From the NCBI GenBank assembly GCA_963792815.1, contig CAWBXR010000011.1, forward strand, positions 138,036-202,035: 64,000 nucleotides of DNA, in the 5' to 3' direction. The position numbers were made by a program, and so were the translations under genes. The notes beneath the pieces were generated by a model that saw nothing but the letters and a program-made list of their open reading frames with translations, had not been told where the DNA came from and searched no databases. Below, piece after piece: positions 55,666 to 64,000 of this stretch. Position 1 is the first letter of the stretch; every line of letters starts with the position of its first letter. The DNA comes from an uncultured Gammaproteobacteria bacterium (GTDB lineage: Bacteria; Pseudomonadota; Gammaproteobacteria; Pseudomonadales; Halieaceae).

Positions 55666-56283
55666 TCAGGGAGGCGGGAAGGACGCAAAAATGCTGTCAG
55701 CGACCGCGTTGTACTTGTCCTGGTCGTTTTCCAGGCCGCCCTTGAGCCGCGACTGGATCAGCCCGCGCCAGACCGATTTCTTCAGCTTCGGGTCGATCAT
55801 GTCGACGATGAACGTGCCCTCGGTGTAGTTCTGTACCGACACCTCGGTCTGGGTACAGCCCCAGCAGTTGTACATGCTGTAGCGGTTGTAACCGCCGTAG
55901 CGACCATAGCCGGTGGTCATCCCCATGGCGGGGGTTTCGTAGGTGCGCACATCGGTTTTGGCGTTGGTTATCAGGGTCCAGCTGATCAGCAGATCCGCCT
56001 GGTCGGCGTCTTTCTCGTCCAGCATTTCATAACCCTTGGCGCGCAGGGCCTGCTCCAGGGCGACGTCGATGCGATCACGCTCCATGTCGCTCAGGGGGAT
56101 GGGGTTGTTGCCGGAAATCAGGCCGGAATCATCATAGAAGGCGACCTTGCGCACCTGGCTGAAGTTGTAGTCCGACTTGTAATCCACTTCCGGCTTCGGC
56201 GGGCCGCTGGCGCAGGCGGCAAGCAGAACGGCGCCGGCAAGGGCGACAATGGAATGTTGCACTGTCTTCATCAGGTGGGTCAT
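55666..56283 (-). CDS. DUF4136-like lipoprotein
   Basis: Lipobox LLAAC at residues ~20-24. Size and pattern (DYKSDYNFSQ...FYDDSG...SWTLITNAKTD...GTFIVDMIDPK) resemble DUF4136 lipoproteins. Confidence 0.6.
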   Translation of the reverse strand: MTHLMKTVQHSIVALAGAVLLAACASGPPKPEVDYKSDYNFSQVRKVAFYDDSGLISGNNPIPLSDMERDRIDVALEQALRAKGYEMLDEKDADQADLLISWTLITNAKTDVRTYETPAMGMTTGYGRYGGYNRYSMYNCWGCTQTEVSVQNYTEGTFIVDMIDPKLKKSVWRGLIQSRLKGGLENDQDKYNAVADSIFASFPPP

Positions 56284-56426
56284 GGAACTCTCCGCATTGG
56301 AATTGGTGTCGGCAGCAGCGCGCCACCACCAGCTAGTGTTTCGGCGCTGGTCGCGCCATTGCAGTTTCCTGGTGGGATATCGCTGGCCCTATTGTAGCCC
56401 TATGTGTTCCCCGCCTGCCAACCGAA

Positions 56427-57560
56427 TCAATTCTGCTGTGGTTCTGCCTGTGATGTGCCCGCCTGGCCCGGGTTGGTGCCGCAGGGCCGCTGGATATCCT
56501 GCAATAGCTCAACGTGCCGGCGGGGTGCGGTTGCCCACCGGGCCAGCTCGGCGTCGCGCTGCTCGCTCCAGCGCCGGTAGGGCGGCGGCAGTGCGGGCTC
56601 CAGCATCTGCTCGAGGGCGCCGACGGGCGGCATCAGTTCCTCCAGGCGCCTGTTAAGTGCGGCCGCCCTGGTCTGGATGCCTTCTATGAAGTACTTGCGG
56701 ATGACGTTGGGCAGGATATCGGCCGCCGCGGGGCGGATGCCGGGTGAGCACATGGGGCCGCGCTCCATGCGCTCCGCCGCTATGTGGTTCGCGGCGGCCA
56801 GTGCGGCGTCCTGCGCGGCCAGCGCCTGCAGCAGTGCGCCGCCGTCGCCGGTGGCCACCTCTCCCAGCAGTATCTCGAACTCCCGGTTGTCCGCACTATA
56901 GTCACCCGCCAGCCAGCGCCGGGCGTGGCCGTTGATGGCCTCCAGGCTGGCGATCACGGCGCTGCTGGTATTGGCGGGGTAGTCGGCGGCTGCGCCCGGC
57001 GCTTTCTTCCAGAACTGGCGGTACTCACTGCTGCCCAGGGTGGCGTTGTAGATCGACGCGGGGAGCTGGCGGCGTTTCAGCTGCCAGGCCTGCTCCAGGG
57101 TATCGGCCAGACCACTTTCGCCCTGTTCGCGCTGGTAATCGATACAGGGGGGGGCCAGCTGCAGGTACTCCAGTTCCAGCAGCAGGCGTTGGGAGTCCCG
57201 TGCCAGCCTGCCCAGGCTGCTGTTGCGCTTGCCAATGGTGATTTGCACTGCGCAACCGCTGAGGGCGAGAAAGTCCAGCGCATCCAGGTTGCCCGGCTGG
57301 ATCTCCAGGTGCAGTTCCCTTGGTGCCGGTAGGGCTGTCACACTCGGTATTACCGGCTGGACGGGCGCTGCCCCGAGGGTGCGCGCCAGTCTGCCCAGGT
57401 ACTCGTCAAAGGCCGCCTCTGGCCCGCTGCCGCTACACCCGGCCATGGCGAGGGCGAGCAGCGCGAGGGTAAACACGCCGGCCCGGACAGTGGGGCGCCG
57501 GCAGTGGCTTTGCGGCGGGCTGTTGCTGGTGGTCAATGGCATTGTCCCTTTATATCGCAT
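56427..57560 (-). CDS. hypothetical lipoprotein (possibly DUF3080 family)
   Basis: 377-aa ORF with lipobox LAMAGC. The start is uncertain (M1 or M7). The family name is from memory only. Confidence 0.5.
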   Translation of the reverse strand: MRYKGTMPLTTSNSPPQSHCRRPTVRAGVFTLALLALAMAGCSGSGPEAAFDEYLGRLARTLGAAPVQPVIPSVTALPAPRELHLEIQPGNLDALDFLALSGCAVQITIGKRNSSLGRLARDSQRLLLELEYLQLAPPCIDYQREQGESGLADTLEQAWQLKRRQLPASIYNATLGSSEYRQFWKKAPGAAADYPANTSSAVIASLEAINGHARRWLAGDYSADNREFEILLGEVATGDGGALLQALAAQDAALAAANHIAAERMERGPMCSPGIRPAAADILPNVIRKYFIEGIQTRAAALNRRLEELMPPVGALEQMLEPALPPPYRRWSEQRDAELARWATAPRRHVELLQDIQRPCGTNPGQAGTSQAEPQQN

Positions 57561-57682
57561 CTGGCCCGGCGATGGGCCGTCAGGCCAGTCCCGGCCAGGC
57601 GATCATTTCATGACATGGGTCCATGCATTGCTGCGGCAATATTGTTTACACTCGTGCATGCACCCTTACTGGAGTTGATACG

Positions 57683-58432
57683 ATGCGCGCACGACTTGTG
57701 GTTTGCCTGCTTGCCTTCTGGGTCGGCAACGCGCTGGCCGAGGAATTGACCGCCAACGATATTATCCGCAAGGCCATGGATCACTACCGCGGGCTTACCT
57801 CCTACTCGGAAATGACCATGACCATCCACCGTCCCGACTGGGAGCGCTCCATGACGATGCGGGCCTGGACCGAAGGCGACAAGCGCACCCTGGTGCGGGT
57901 GATGGAGCCGAAAAAGGATGCGGGCAACGGCACCCTGTCCGTGGATGGCAATATGTGGACCTACACCCCGAAGATCAACCGGGTGATCAAGATCCCGTCC
58001 TCCATGATGAGCCAGAGCTGGATGGGCAGTGACTTCTCCAATAAGGATGTCAGCAAGGACACCAACATCATCGACCAGTACGACCACAGCCTGCTGGAAC
58101 AGTACGAGCAGGATGGCCAGACGGTTTACGTCATACAGTCCATCCCCCACGAGGAGGCGGCGGTGGTCTGGGGCAAGGAAATTCTCTGGGTGCGCGGCGA
58201 CTGGGTGCTGCTGGAGCAGCAGTTCTGGGACCAGGACGGCGCCCTGGTCAAGACGCTCAAGGCGCTGGAAATCGCCGAGATGGGTGGGCGCAACGTGGCC
58301 GCTGTGATGCGTATGAGCAACCAGGACAAGCCAGATGACTGGACCGAACTGCGCACCTCGGCGGTGGAGTTCGACCTGGAGCTTCCGGCCAGCCAGTTCA
58401 CCCTGTCAAACCTGAGAAACCCGCGGGAGTGA
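57683..58432 (+). CDS. LolA-like outer-membrane lipoprotein-sorting protein
   Basis: ATG 57683 gives the signal peptide MRARLVVCLLAFWVGNALA. DIIRKAMDHYRGLTSYSEMTMTIHRPDWERSMTMRAW...GTLSVDGNMWTYTPKINRVIKIP matches the LolA_like (PF17131-type) family. Confidence 0.75.
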   Translation: MRARLVVCLLAFWVGNALAEELTANDIIRKAMDHYRGLTSYSEMTMTIHRPDWERSMTMRAWTEGDKRTLVRVMEPKKDAGNGTLSVDGNMWTYTPKINRVIKIPSSMMSQSWMGSDFSNKDVSKDTNIIDQYDHSLLEQYEQDGQTVYVIQSIPHEEAAVVWGKEILWVRGDWVLLEQQFWDQDGALVKTLKALEIAEMGGRNVAAVMRMSNQDKPDDWTELRTSAVEFDLELPASQFTLSNLRNPRE

Positions 58433-59658
58433 ATGTCACCTGGGTACTGGCCTGGCGCAACCTGTGGCGCCACCGGCGCCGCACCTGGCTCACGGTCGGC
58501 GCCATGGTGTTTTCCAATGTACTGCTGATCTTCCTGGTGTCGCTGCAGTTGGGCTCCTACCAGATGATGATCGACGGCAGCCTGGCGAGCTTCACCGGCC
58601 ATATCCAGGTCCAGCACAGGGATTACCTCGAACAACAGCATATGTACCAGGACGTGCCGGCGGTCAGCGCGCTGGCCGGGCAGCTGCGAGCGCTGCCCGG
58701 CGTCGAGGCTGCATCCGCCCGGGCCGAGGCCTTCGCCCTCGCCTCCAGCGCCGAACGCTCTTTCGGTATCCTGTTGACGGGCGTGCAGCCCGATACTGAG
58801 CCGGCGGTGTCGACATTTCCGGGCAAGCTGAGCGATGGCCGCTACCTGAACAGCAGCGACGAGGAGGCCATCGTCATCGGCAGCGTGCTGGCCCGGAACC
58901 TGAAAGTGGGCGTGGGTGACGAGCTGACCTTCCTGGGCAGCGGCCGCGACGGCTCCTTTGCCGCCGGGGTGGCCACCGTCGTGGGTATCATCGACTCCGG
59001 CCTGGAGGAGGTCGACCGCAACATGGCGCAGGTACCGCTGGGCTGGTTCCAGCAGGTCTTCGCCATGGGCGACGCCGGCCACGCGGTGGTGGTGAGGGCG
59101 TCCTCCCTTGAGCAGGTGCAGTCCACGGCAGGCGCATTGCGTGCGCTGCCCGCGCCGGGAGATGAGCTGGCCGTGCTCGACTGGGAGACTCTTGTGCCCG
59201 GGCTGCGCCAGGCTATCCAATCCGATATGACCAGCGCCTGGTTTACCTACAGCGTGCTGGTGGTGCTGGTGGCCTTCGGCGTACTCAATACCCAGCTGAT
59301 GTCGGTGCTGGAGCGTACCCGCGAATTCGGCGTGATGCTGGCGCTGGGCATGAGCCCCGGGCGGCTGGCCCGACTGGTGGGTATCGAGACCCTGCTGCTG
59401 GCGGCGCTGGGGCTGGGGCTGGGGCTGCTCGGCGGAGGCCTGCTCAGCTGGTACCTGAGCGTTGCCGGTTTCATCTACCCCGGGGTCGAGGAAATGATGG
59501 AGCGGTTCATGCTGGGCGGGCGCATCTATCCCGAGGTGAGCCTGGTTTCCATGCTGATCGGGCCGCTGGCGGTGTTTGTCGGCGCGATGCTGGCCGCCCT
59601 GTACCCGGCGCTGCGCCTGTTCAGGTTGCGCCCCGTGGCCGCCATGCAGGCCAGCTGA
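58429..59658 (+). CDS. FtsX/LolCE-like ABC transporter permease 1
   Basis: The GTG start overlaps the upstream stop (GTGA). LAWRNLWRHRRRTWLTVGAMVF N-terminus, large periplasmic loop and C-terminal FtsX-type TM bundle. Confidence 0.8.
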   Translation: MNVTWVLAWRNLWRHRRRTWLTVGAMVFSNVLLIFLVSLQLGSYQMMIDGSLASFTGHIQVQHRDYLEQQHMYQDVPAVSALAGQLRALPGVEAASARAEAFALASSAERSFGILLTGVQPDTEPAVSTFPGKLSDGRYLNSSDEEAIVIGSVLARNLKVGVGDELTFLGSGRDGSFAAGVATVVGIIDSGLEEVDRNMAQVPLGWFQQVFAMGDAGHAVVVRASSLEQVQSTAGALRALPAPGDELAVLDWETLVPGLRQAIQSDMTSAWFTYSVLVVLVAFGVLNTQLMSVLERTREFGVMLALGMSPGRLARLVGIETLLLAALGLGLGLLGGGLLSWYLSVAGFIYPGVEEMMERFMLGGRIYPEVSLVSMLIGPLAVFVGAMLAALYPALRLFRLRPVAAMQAS

Positions 59659-60890
59659 TGTCCCTGCCCCTCACGGCCCTGTCCACCCTCGCCTGGCGCA
59701 ATCTATGGCGCAATCACCGGCGCACCCTGATCATGCTTGCCGCTATTGCGATCGGCGTGTGGGCCATGATTTTCATGGCGGCGCTGATGCGCGGCATGAC
59801 CGACCAGATGGTGCGCAATGGCTTGCAAACCCTGCCCGGGGAGGTGCAGCTGCACCAGCGGGATTATCGCCGGGACCCCAGCGTGGTGAACTCGATGGCG
59901 CCCCCGGTGGCTGAGCTGCTTGACGTGCTGCAGTCCGCCCCGGTAACCGCCTGGGCTAGCCGGGTGCGGGTACCGGCGGTGATCAGCAGTGAGCGGGGCA
60001 GCCGCAGCGTCACCCTGCTGGGTGTTGATCCGGAAGCTGAGCAGGCCCTCGGGTCACTGCCCGGGGACCTGCTGCAGGGGCGAAGCCTGGAGGGAGAAGA
60101 CGACCGGGGCCTGGTGATCGGCGCCAGCCTTGCCCGACGCCTGGAGACCGGCCTGGGCAAAAGGGTTGTAGTAATGTCCCAGGACCCGGACAACAACGTG
60201 GCGGAGCGGGGTGCCCGGATCGTCGGCATCTACCGCGGCCGGCTGCAGGGAAACGAGGACCGGTTCGTCTACGCCGGTCGCGCGGTGGTGCAGGAGCTGC
60301 TGGGTATCGGGCAGCAGATATCGGAAATCGCCGTTAGCGGCGATGACTACCGCCGGGTCGCTGACTGGTACCCGGCAGTTGCCGCCGCCGCGGGCAGTGA
60401 GCTCGAGACCCTGACCTGGACCGAGCTCGATCCTTTCCTGGGCAGTATGCTGGCGGTACAGGACGGCTTTACCCTGGTATTCATGGTGGTGGTGTTTCTC
60501 GCCCTGTCCTTCGGCCTGGTGAATACCCTGGTGATGGCGGTATTCGAGCGGGTGCGGGAGATCGGGCTGATGCAGGCCCTGGGGATGCGCCCCGGCCTCA
60601 TCCTGGGCCAGATCATGCTGGAGAGCCTGTTCCTGCTGTGCCTGGGGCTGCTGCTGGGCAACCTGCTGGCAGTGCTGACCATAGCACCGCTGGCCGGGGG
60701 CATCGACATTTCCAGTGTCGCCCAGGGAATGGAAATCATGGGCATGAGCGCCACCCTTTACCCCGCGCTGCATATCCAGGACATGCTGATGTCCACCGCC
60801 GTGGTAATCACCCTGGGGCTGCTCGCCAGCCTCGCACCGGCGTGGCGAGCTTCCCGGCTCGACCCGGTGGCGGCGTTGACCCGGGATTGA
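59658..60890 (+). CDS. FtsX/LolCE-like ABC transporter permease 2
   Basis: The ATG overlaps the upstream stop (TGATG). LAWRNLWRNHRRTLIMLAAIAIGVW N-terminus and the same architecture as permease 1. Confidence 0.8.
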   Translation: MSLPLTALSTLAWRNLWRNHRRTLIMLAAIAIGVWAMIFMAALMRGMTDQMVRNGLQTLPGEVQLHQRDYRRDPSVVNSMAPPVAELLDVLQSAPVTAWASRVRVPAVISSERGSRSVTLLGVDPEAEQALGSLPGDLLQGRSLEGEDDRGLVIGASLARRLETGLGKRVVVMSQDPDNNVAERGARIVGIYRGRLQGNEDRFVYAGRAVVQELLGIGQQISEIAVSGDDYRRVADWYPAVAAAAGSELETLTWTELDPFLGSMLAVQDGFTLVFMVVVFLALSFGLVNTLVMAVFERVREIGLMQALGMRPGLILGQIMLESLFLLCLGLLLGNLLAVLTIAPLAGGIDISSVAQGMEIMGMSATLYPALHIQDMLMSTAVVITLGLLASLAPAWRASRLDPVAALTRD

Positions 60891-60903
60891 GAGGTTACTT
60901 TTA

Positions 60904-61608
60904 ATGAGCGATATTGCCTGCCGCGCGTTGTGCAAGACATTTCACCAGGGCGAGGAGACCATAAACGCCCTCGATCATGTCAGCCTGGATATCGGGGAGG
61001 GATCCTTCGTCTGCCTGTTCGGCCCTTCCGGGTCCGGCAAGACCACGCTGCTCAATGCCCTGGGCGGGCTCGATACCCCCGACAGCGGCGAAATTACCAT
61101 CGGCGGCCAGCGCCTGGATGGCCTGTCACGGGGCGAGCTGGCTGACATGCGCCTGCACAATATCGGCTTCGTGTTCCAGGCCTACAACCTGATCAGCGTG
61201 CTGACCGCCCGTGAAAATGTCGAGTTCATCATGCAGGTGCAGGGTGTGCCGGCGGCGCAACGGCGCGCGCTGGCGACCCAGGTCCTGGCAGAGGTGGGGC
61301 TGGCGGGCCTCGAGGGGCGCCGCCCGGCTGAATTGTCCGGGGGCCAGCAGCAACGAGTCGCGGTGGCCCGGGCCATAGCCAGCAAGCCGGCACTGATACT
61401 GGCAGATGAGCCCACGGCCAATCTCGACAGCCACAGCGCGGCCCAGTTGATGGATCTCTTTGTCACACTCAATGCGGAGCGGGGGGTGACCTTCGTCATC
61501 TCCACCCACGATGCGCGGGTGATGGGTTATGCCCGGCGCCTCATCGGCATGCGCGACGGCCTGGTAGTCAGCGATGAGCAGCAGCAACCCCACGCCATGG
61601 ATGCGTGA
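60904..61608 (+). CDS. ABC transporter ATP-binding protein (LolD/MacB-type)
   Basis: Walker A GPSGSGKTT, signature LSGGQQQRVAVARA and Walker B LILADEPTANLD. Confidence 0.9.
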   Translation: MSDIACRALCKTFHQGEETINALDHVSLDIGEGSFVCLFGPSGSGKTTLLNALGGLDTPDSGEITIGGQRLDGLSRGELADMRLHNIGFVFQAYNLISVLTARENVEFIMQVQGVPAAQRRALATQVLAEVGLAGLEGRRPAELSGGQQQRVAVARAIASKPALILADEPTANLDSHSAAQLMDLFVTLNAERGVTFVISTHDARVMGYARRLIGMRDGLVVSDEQQQPHAMDA

Positions 61609-62862
61609 ATGACGCGGCAGCTGCGTTGGCTGGGCCTGCTGGCCCTGCTGCCTGTGATGGCGACAGGCGCGGTTCCCGGTTTCGACGGCGGCCACGTAAA
61701 ACTGCGCTGGCAGGGCAGCACGTACCCGGACGACAGCGCCTACCGGGAGGTGTTCGGTGAACAGGCCAACGATGAATACGCCGACCTGCGCCTGAAATTC
61801 AGCGGCTCCCGCGAGCGCTTCGGCTTCCAGGCGGACTACCAGGCGATCGGCCAGTGGGGCGACAGCCTGGATCTGCCGCTGGATGCGAACGGGCTGCTAC
61901 TGCTGCCACCCTCCCTGCCCAACGACGACCAGCGCTGGTGGGACCTCACCGATACCATCAGCGACAACTCGTCACAGGGTATGGTGCAGCGTCTGGACCG
62001 GCTCAATGTCAGTTACAGCGGCGAGTCGACGGTACTTCGTTTTGGCCGCCAGGCGGTGAGTTGGGGCAACGGGCTTATTTTCAACCCGGTGGATTTTTTC
62101 AACCCTTTCAACCCGGCGGCAGTCGACACCGAATACAAACTGGGTGAGGACATGTTCTATGGCCAGTACCTGCTGGGCAGCGGCAGTGACTGGCAGGGCG
62201 TGGTCGTGCAGCGCCGGGACGAACAGGGCCGCGCCACCAGCGAGCAGCGCACCACCGCGCTGAAGTTTCACGGCTTCGGCCTGGAGGCCGAGTACGACCT
62301 GCTGCTGGCGGAAAATTTCAATGAATTCATCGCGGGTGTGGGTGGCGTCACCAATCTCGGGGAGGCAGTGCTGCGCGGCGACATCACCCTCACCGATGCC
62401 CGGGACGGCTGGGTTGCCAGCGCGGTGGCCAACTGGTCCTGGTCCTGGGTGTTGGCGGGCTGCAACGCGACGGTGGCCCTGGAGTACTACTACAACGGCT
62501 TCGGCCTGGCGCAGGACGACTACACGCTGGAAAAAATACTGGCGGACAAGGACCTGGTCGAGCGCCTGCAGCGGGGTGAGCTGTATACCATCGGCCGCCA
62601 CCAGATGGCCGGGTCGCTGCTGGTGGAGCTGGCGCCACTGGTCAATGTCACCACGAACCTGTTTGCCAACCTGGAAGACGGCTCCGCCCTGGCCCAGGTG
62701 GTAGGGCAGTGGGACCTGGCCCAGGACTGGCAGTTGCTGGCCGCCGCGACAGCGCCCCTGGGCTCCAAGGGCACCGAGTACGGTGGCATCGACACCGGTA
62801 TCGACGACCTCACCCTGGCGGTGGGGCCGTCGCTGCTGGTGCAGCTGGCCTGGTATTTCTAG
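61609..62862 (+). CDS. predicted outer-membrane beta-barrel protein
   Basis: The ATG immediately follows the ATPase stop. Signal peptide LGLLALLPVMATGA, alternating-hydrophobicity strands and a C-terminal LVQLAWYF (terminal aromatic Phe) are typical of OM barrels. Confidence 0.6.
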   Translation: MTRQLRWLGLLALLPVMATGAVPGFDGGHVKLRWQGSTYPDDSAYREVFGEQANDEYADLRLKFSGSRERFGFQADYQAIGQWGDSLDLPLDANGLLLLPPSLPNDDQRWWDLTDTISDNSSQGMVQRLDRLNVSYSGESTVLRFGRQAVSWGNGLIFNPVDFFNPFNPAAVDTEYKLGEDMFYGQYLLGSGSDWQGVVVQRRDEQGRATSEQRTTALKFHGFGLEAEYDLLLAENFNEFIAGVGGVTNLGEAVLRGDITLTDARDGWVASAVANWSWSWVLAGCNATVALEYYYNGFGLAQDDYTLEKILADKDLVERLQRGELYTIGRHQMAGSLLVELAPLVNVTTNLFANLEDGSALAQVVGQWDLAQDWQLLAAATAPLGSKGTEYGGIDTGIDDLTLAVGPSLLVQLAWYF

Positions 62863-62880
62863 GCGCGGCTAAATTCGACC

Positions 62881-63504
62881 CTACTCACCGAGCTCCGCTT
62901 TGGCGCGCGCGTACCACGCTTTAAGGTGGGTGCAGTCTTCGGGTATCGACTGTTTTACCCAGGCCATAAAGTCCACGCAAACCAGCAGGTCGATGTCGGC
63001 GAAGCTGAAGTGGTCGCCGGCCACCCAGCTGTTGGCCGCGAGGCGGGCGTCCATCTGGGGCAGGGCATATTCCAGTTGCAGCCTGCCGCGCTCGACCAGC
63101 TCGGGTATCTGGGGCACATCCAGCGGACCCGGCAGGGCGCGGTTGCGGAAGCCGTCGCCCCGGTTGCGCAGCATGCTGGCGACAGCCATCATCATGGAGA
63201 GAAACACGTTGTGATCCCAGCTGATGACCTGGGCTTTTTCCAGCGCCGTGGTACCCAGCAGCGGCTTGTCGGGGTAGAGCCCCTCCAGGTACATGCAGAT
63301 GCCGATCACTTCCGACAGCACGGTGCCGTCATCCAGTTGCAGGGCGGGTACGGTGCAAAGGGGGTTGACCTGCCGGTAGGCATCCCCCAGTTGTTCCGCC
63401 TTCATCATATCGACTTGCACGGTCTCAATCTGGATGCCCTTGTATTGCATGAACAGAGCCAGGCGACGGGGGTTCGGTGCGGGGTCGAAAGTGTACAATT
63501 TCAT
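62881..63504 (-). CDS. glutathione S-transferase
   Basis: 207 aa. Thioredoxin-like N-domain with NPLCTVPALQLDDGTVLSEVIGICMYLE (cis-Pro / Ser-Glu GSH-site pattern). Confidence 0.8.
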   Translation of the reverse strand: MKLYTFDPAPNPRRLALFMQYKGIQIETVQVDMMKAEQLGDAYRQVNPLCTVPALQLDDGTVLSEVIGICMYLEGLYPDKPLLGTTALEKAQVISWDHNVFLSMMMAVASMLRNRGDGFRNRALPGPLDVPQIPELVERGRLQLEYALPQMDARLAANSWVAGDHFSFADIDLLVCVDFMAWVKQSIPEDCTHLKAWYARAKAELGE

Positions 63505-63680
63505 GCGAATGGCTCCTGCCAGATGTCATATCGGCCTTGCATGGTAGGCATAATCTACCGCCAGCGCCAGACAGGGGGTGGATTCCGGCCGGTATTTGCC
63601 CAGGTAGGCACTTCTGTCGAGTTTCCGCCGCCGGGATAACTGGCTATAATGCGCGCCTGTTCAAGAGAGGACCGTATTGT

Positions 63681-64000
63681 GATGAAACGTATTGTATTCA
63701 GTTTTCTGGCCCTGGGCCTGGCTTTCAGCGCCTGGGCTGTGGACCTCACCGAAGCCCAGCGCGCCGAGATCGAGCAGCGCATCAAGCCCGTCGGTGAAAG
63801 TTGCCTGGTAGGCGACAACAGCTGCGCGAGCGCCGCAACCGTCGCCAGCAGCGGGCCCCGCTCCGGCGAAGAGGTTTACAACGCCGCCTGCCTGGCCTGC
63901 CACAGCACCGGCGCGGCCGGCGCACCGGTATACGGTGATGCCACTGCCTGGGCCGAGCGCATAGCCAAGGGCACCGACGTGCTGCACGACAGCGGAGTGA
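63681..64000 (+). CDS. c-type cytochrome (cytochrome c5-like), 3' end cut by window edge
   Basis: The ATG at 63681 opens MKRIVFSFLALGLAFSAWA (signal peptide). The haem-binding motif CLACH is at ...VYNAACLACHSTGAAGAP. No stop occurs before nt 64000. Confidence 0.75.

Overview
G+C-rich Gram-negative (probably gammaproteobacterial) chromosomal segment. The taxon guess rests on lptF/lptG, tamB/tamA, cbpA/cbpM, cytochrome c5 and an E. coli-like tRNA-Arg(CCG). Everything here comes from reading the ORF translations and the DNA by eye. No searches were run, so family names are motif-based recognitions.

The window has three parts.

(1) nt 1 to ~27.5 kb is a dense envelope-lipid/glycan island.
- A minus-strand operon encodes ACP, an alpha-oxoamine synthase (Spt/BioF family), a MurA-like enolpyruvyl transferase (frameshifted) and a metallophosphoesterase.
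- A GNAT-like gene and an NTP-transferase gene sit at the left edge.
- lptF, lptG and an MsbA-like ABC exporter form one operon.
- Paralog sets: four PAPS-type sulfotransferases, three ELM1-like (PF06258-type) proteins, three GT8-like glycosyltransferases and two 2OG-Fe(II)-oxygenase-like proteins.
- Single genes: a GT2, a DAG-kinase-fold lipid kinase translationally coupled to a Tam41-like protein, an O-antigen-ligase-family protein and an Sfp-type PPTase.
- I read this as a candidate, apparently undescribed pathway for a multiply sulfated anionic glycolipid. The product could be a sulfatide-like glycosphingolipid or a sulfated LPS core, with its own Lpt/ABC export.

(2) 27.5-44 kb holds mixed genes.
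- FAD oxidoreductase and a hotdog-like protein.
- A carbamoyltransferase / DUF3604 / WS-DGAT operon. The WS/DGAT carries a histone-H1-like Lys/Ala tail.
- cbpA-cbpM, an AraC regulator and a threonine aldolase.
- A cNMP-binding GGDEF protein convergent with a zinc-ribbon/class-III-cyclase/STAND-ATPase/TPR protein.

(3) 44-64 kb.
- A relic of a TPP enzyme, an NTF2-like protein and a secreted ricin-type lectin.
- tamB (broken by three +1 frameshifts) followed by tamA, then a VOC protein.
- A ~1.1 kb low-G+C islet with a small membrane protein and a possible IS relic.
- A frameshifted class-V aminotransferase, tRNA-Arg(CCG), a TauE/SafE permease and two lipoproteins.
- A tightly coupled operon: LolA-like, two FtsX-type permeases, an ABC ATPase and an outer-membrane barrel.
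- A GST and a 3'-truncated cytochrome c.

No CRISPR array, rRNA, integrase or prophage genes were seen. Five gene-disrupting +1 frame breaks occur in the window. They could be assembly errors or genuine pseudogenisation.
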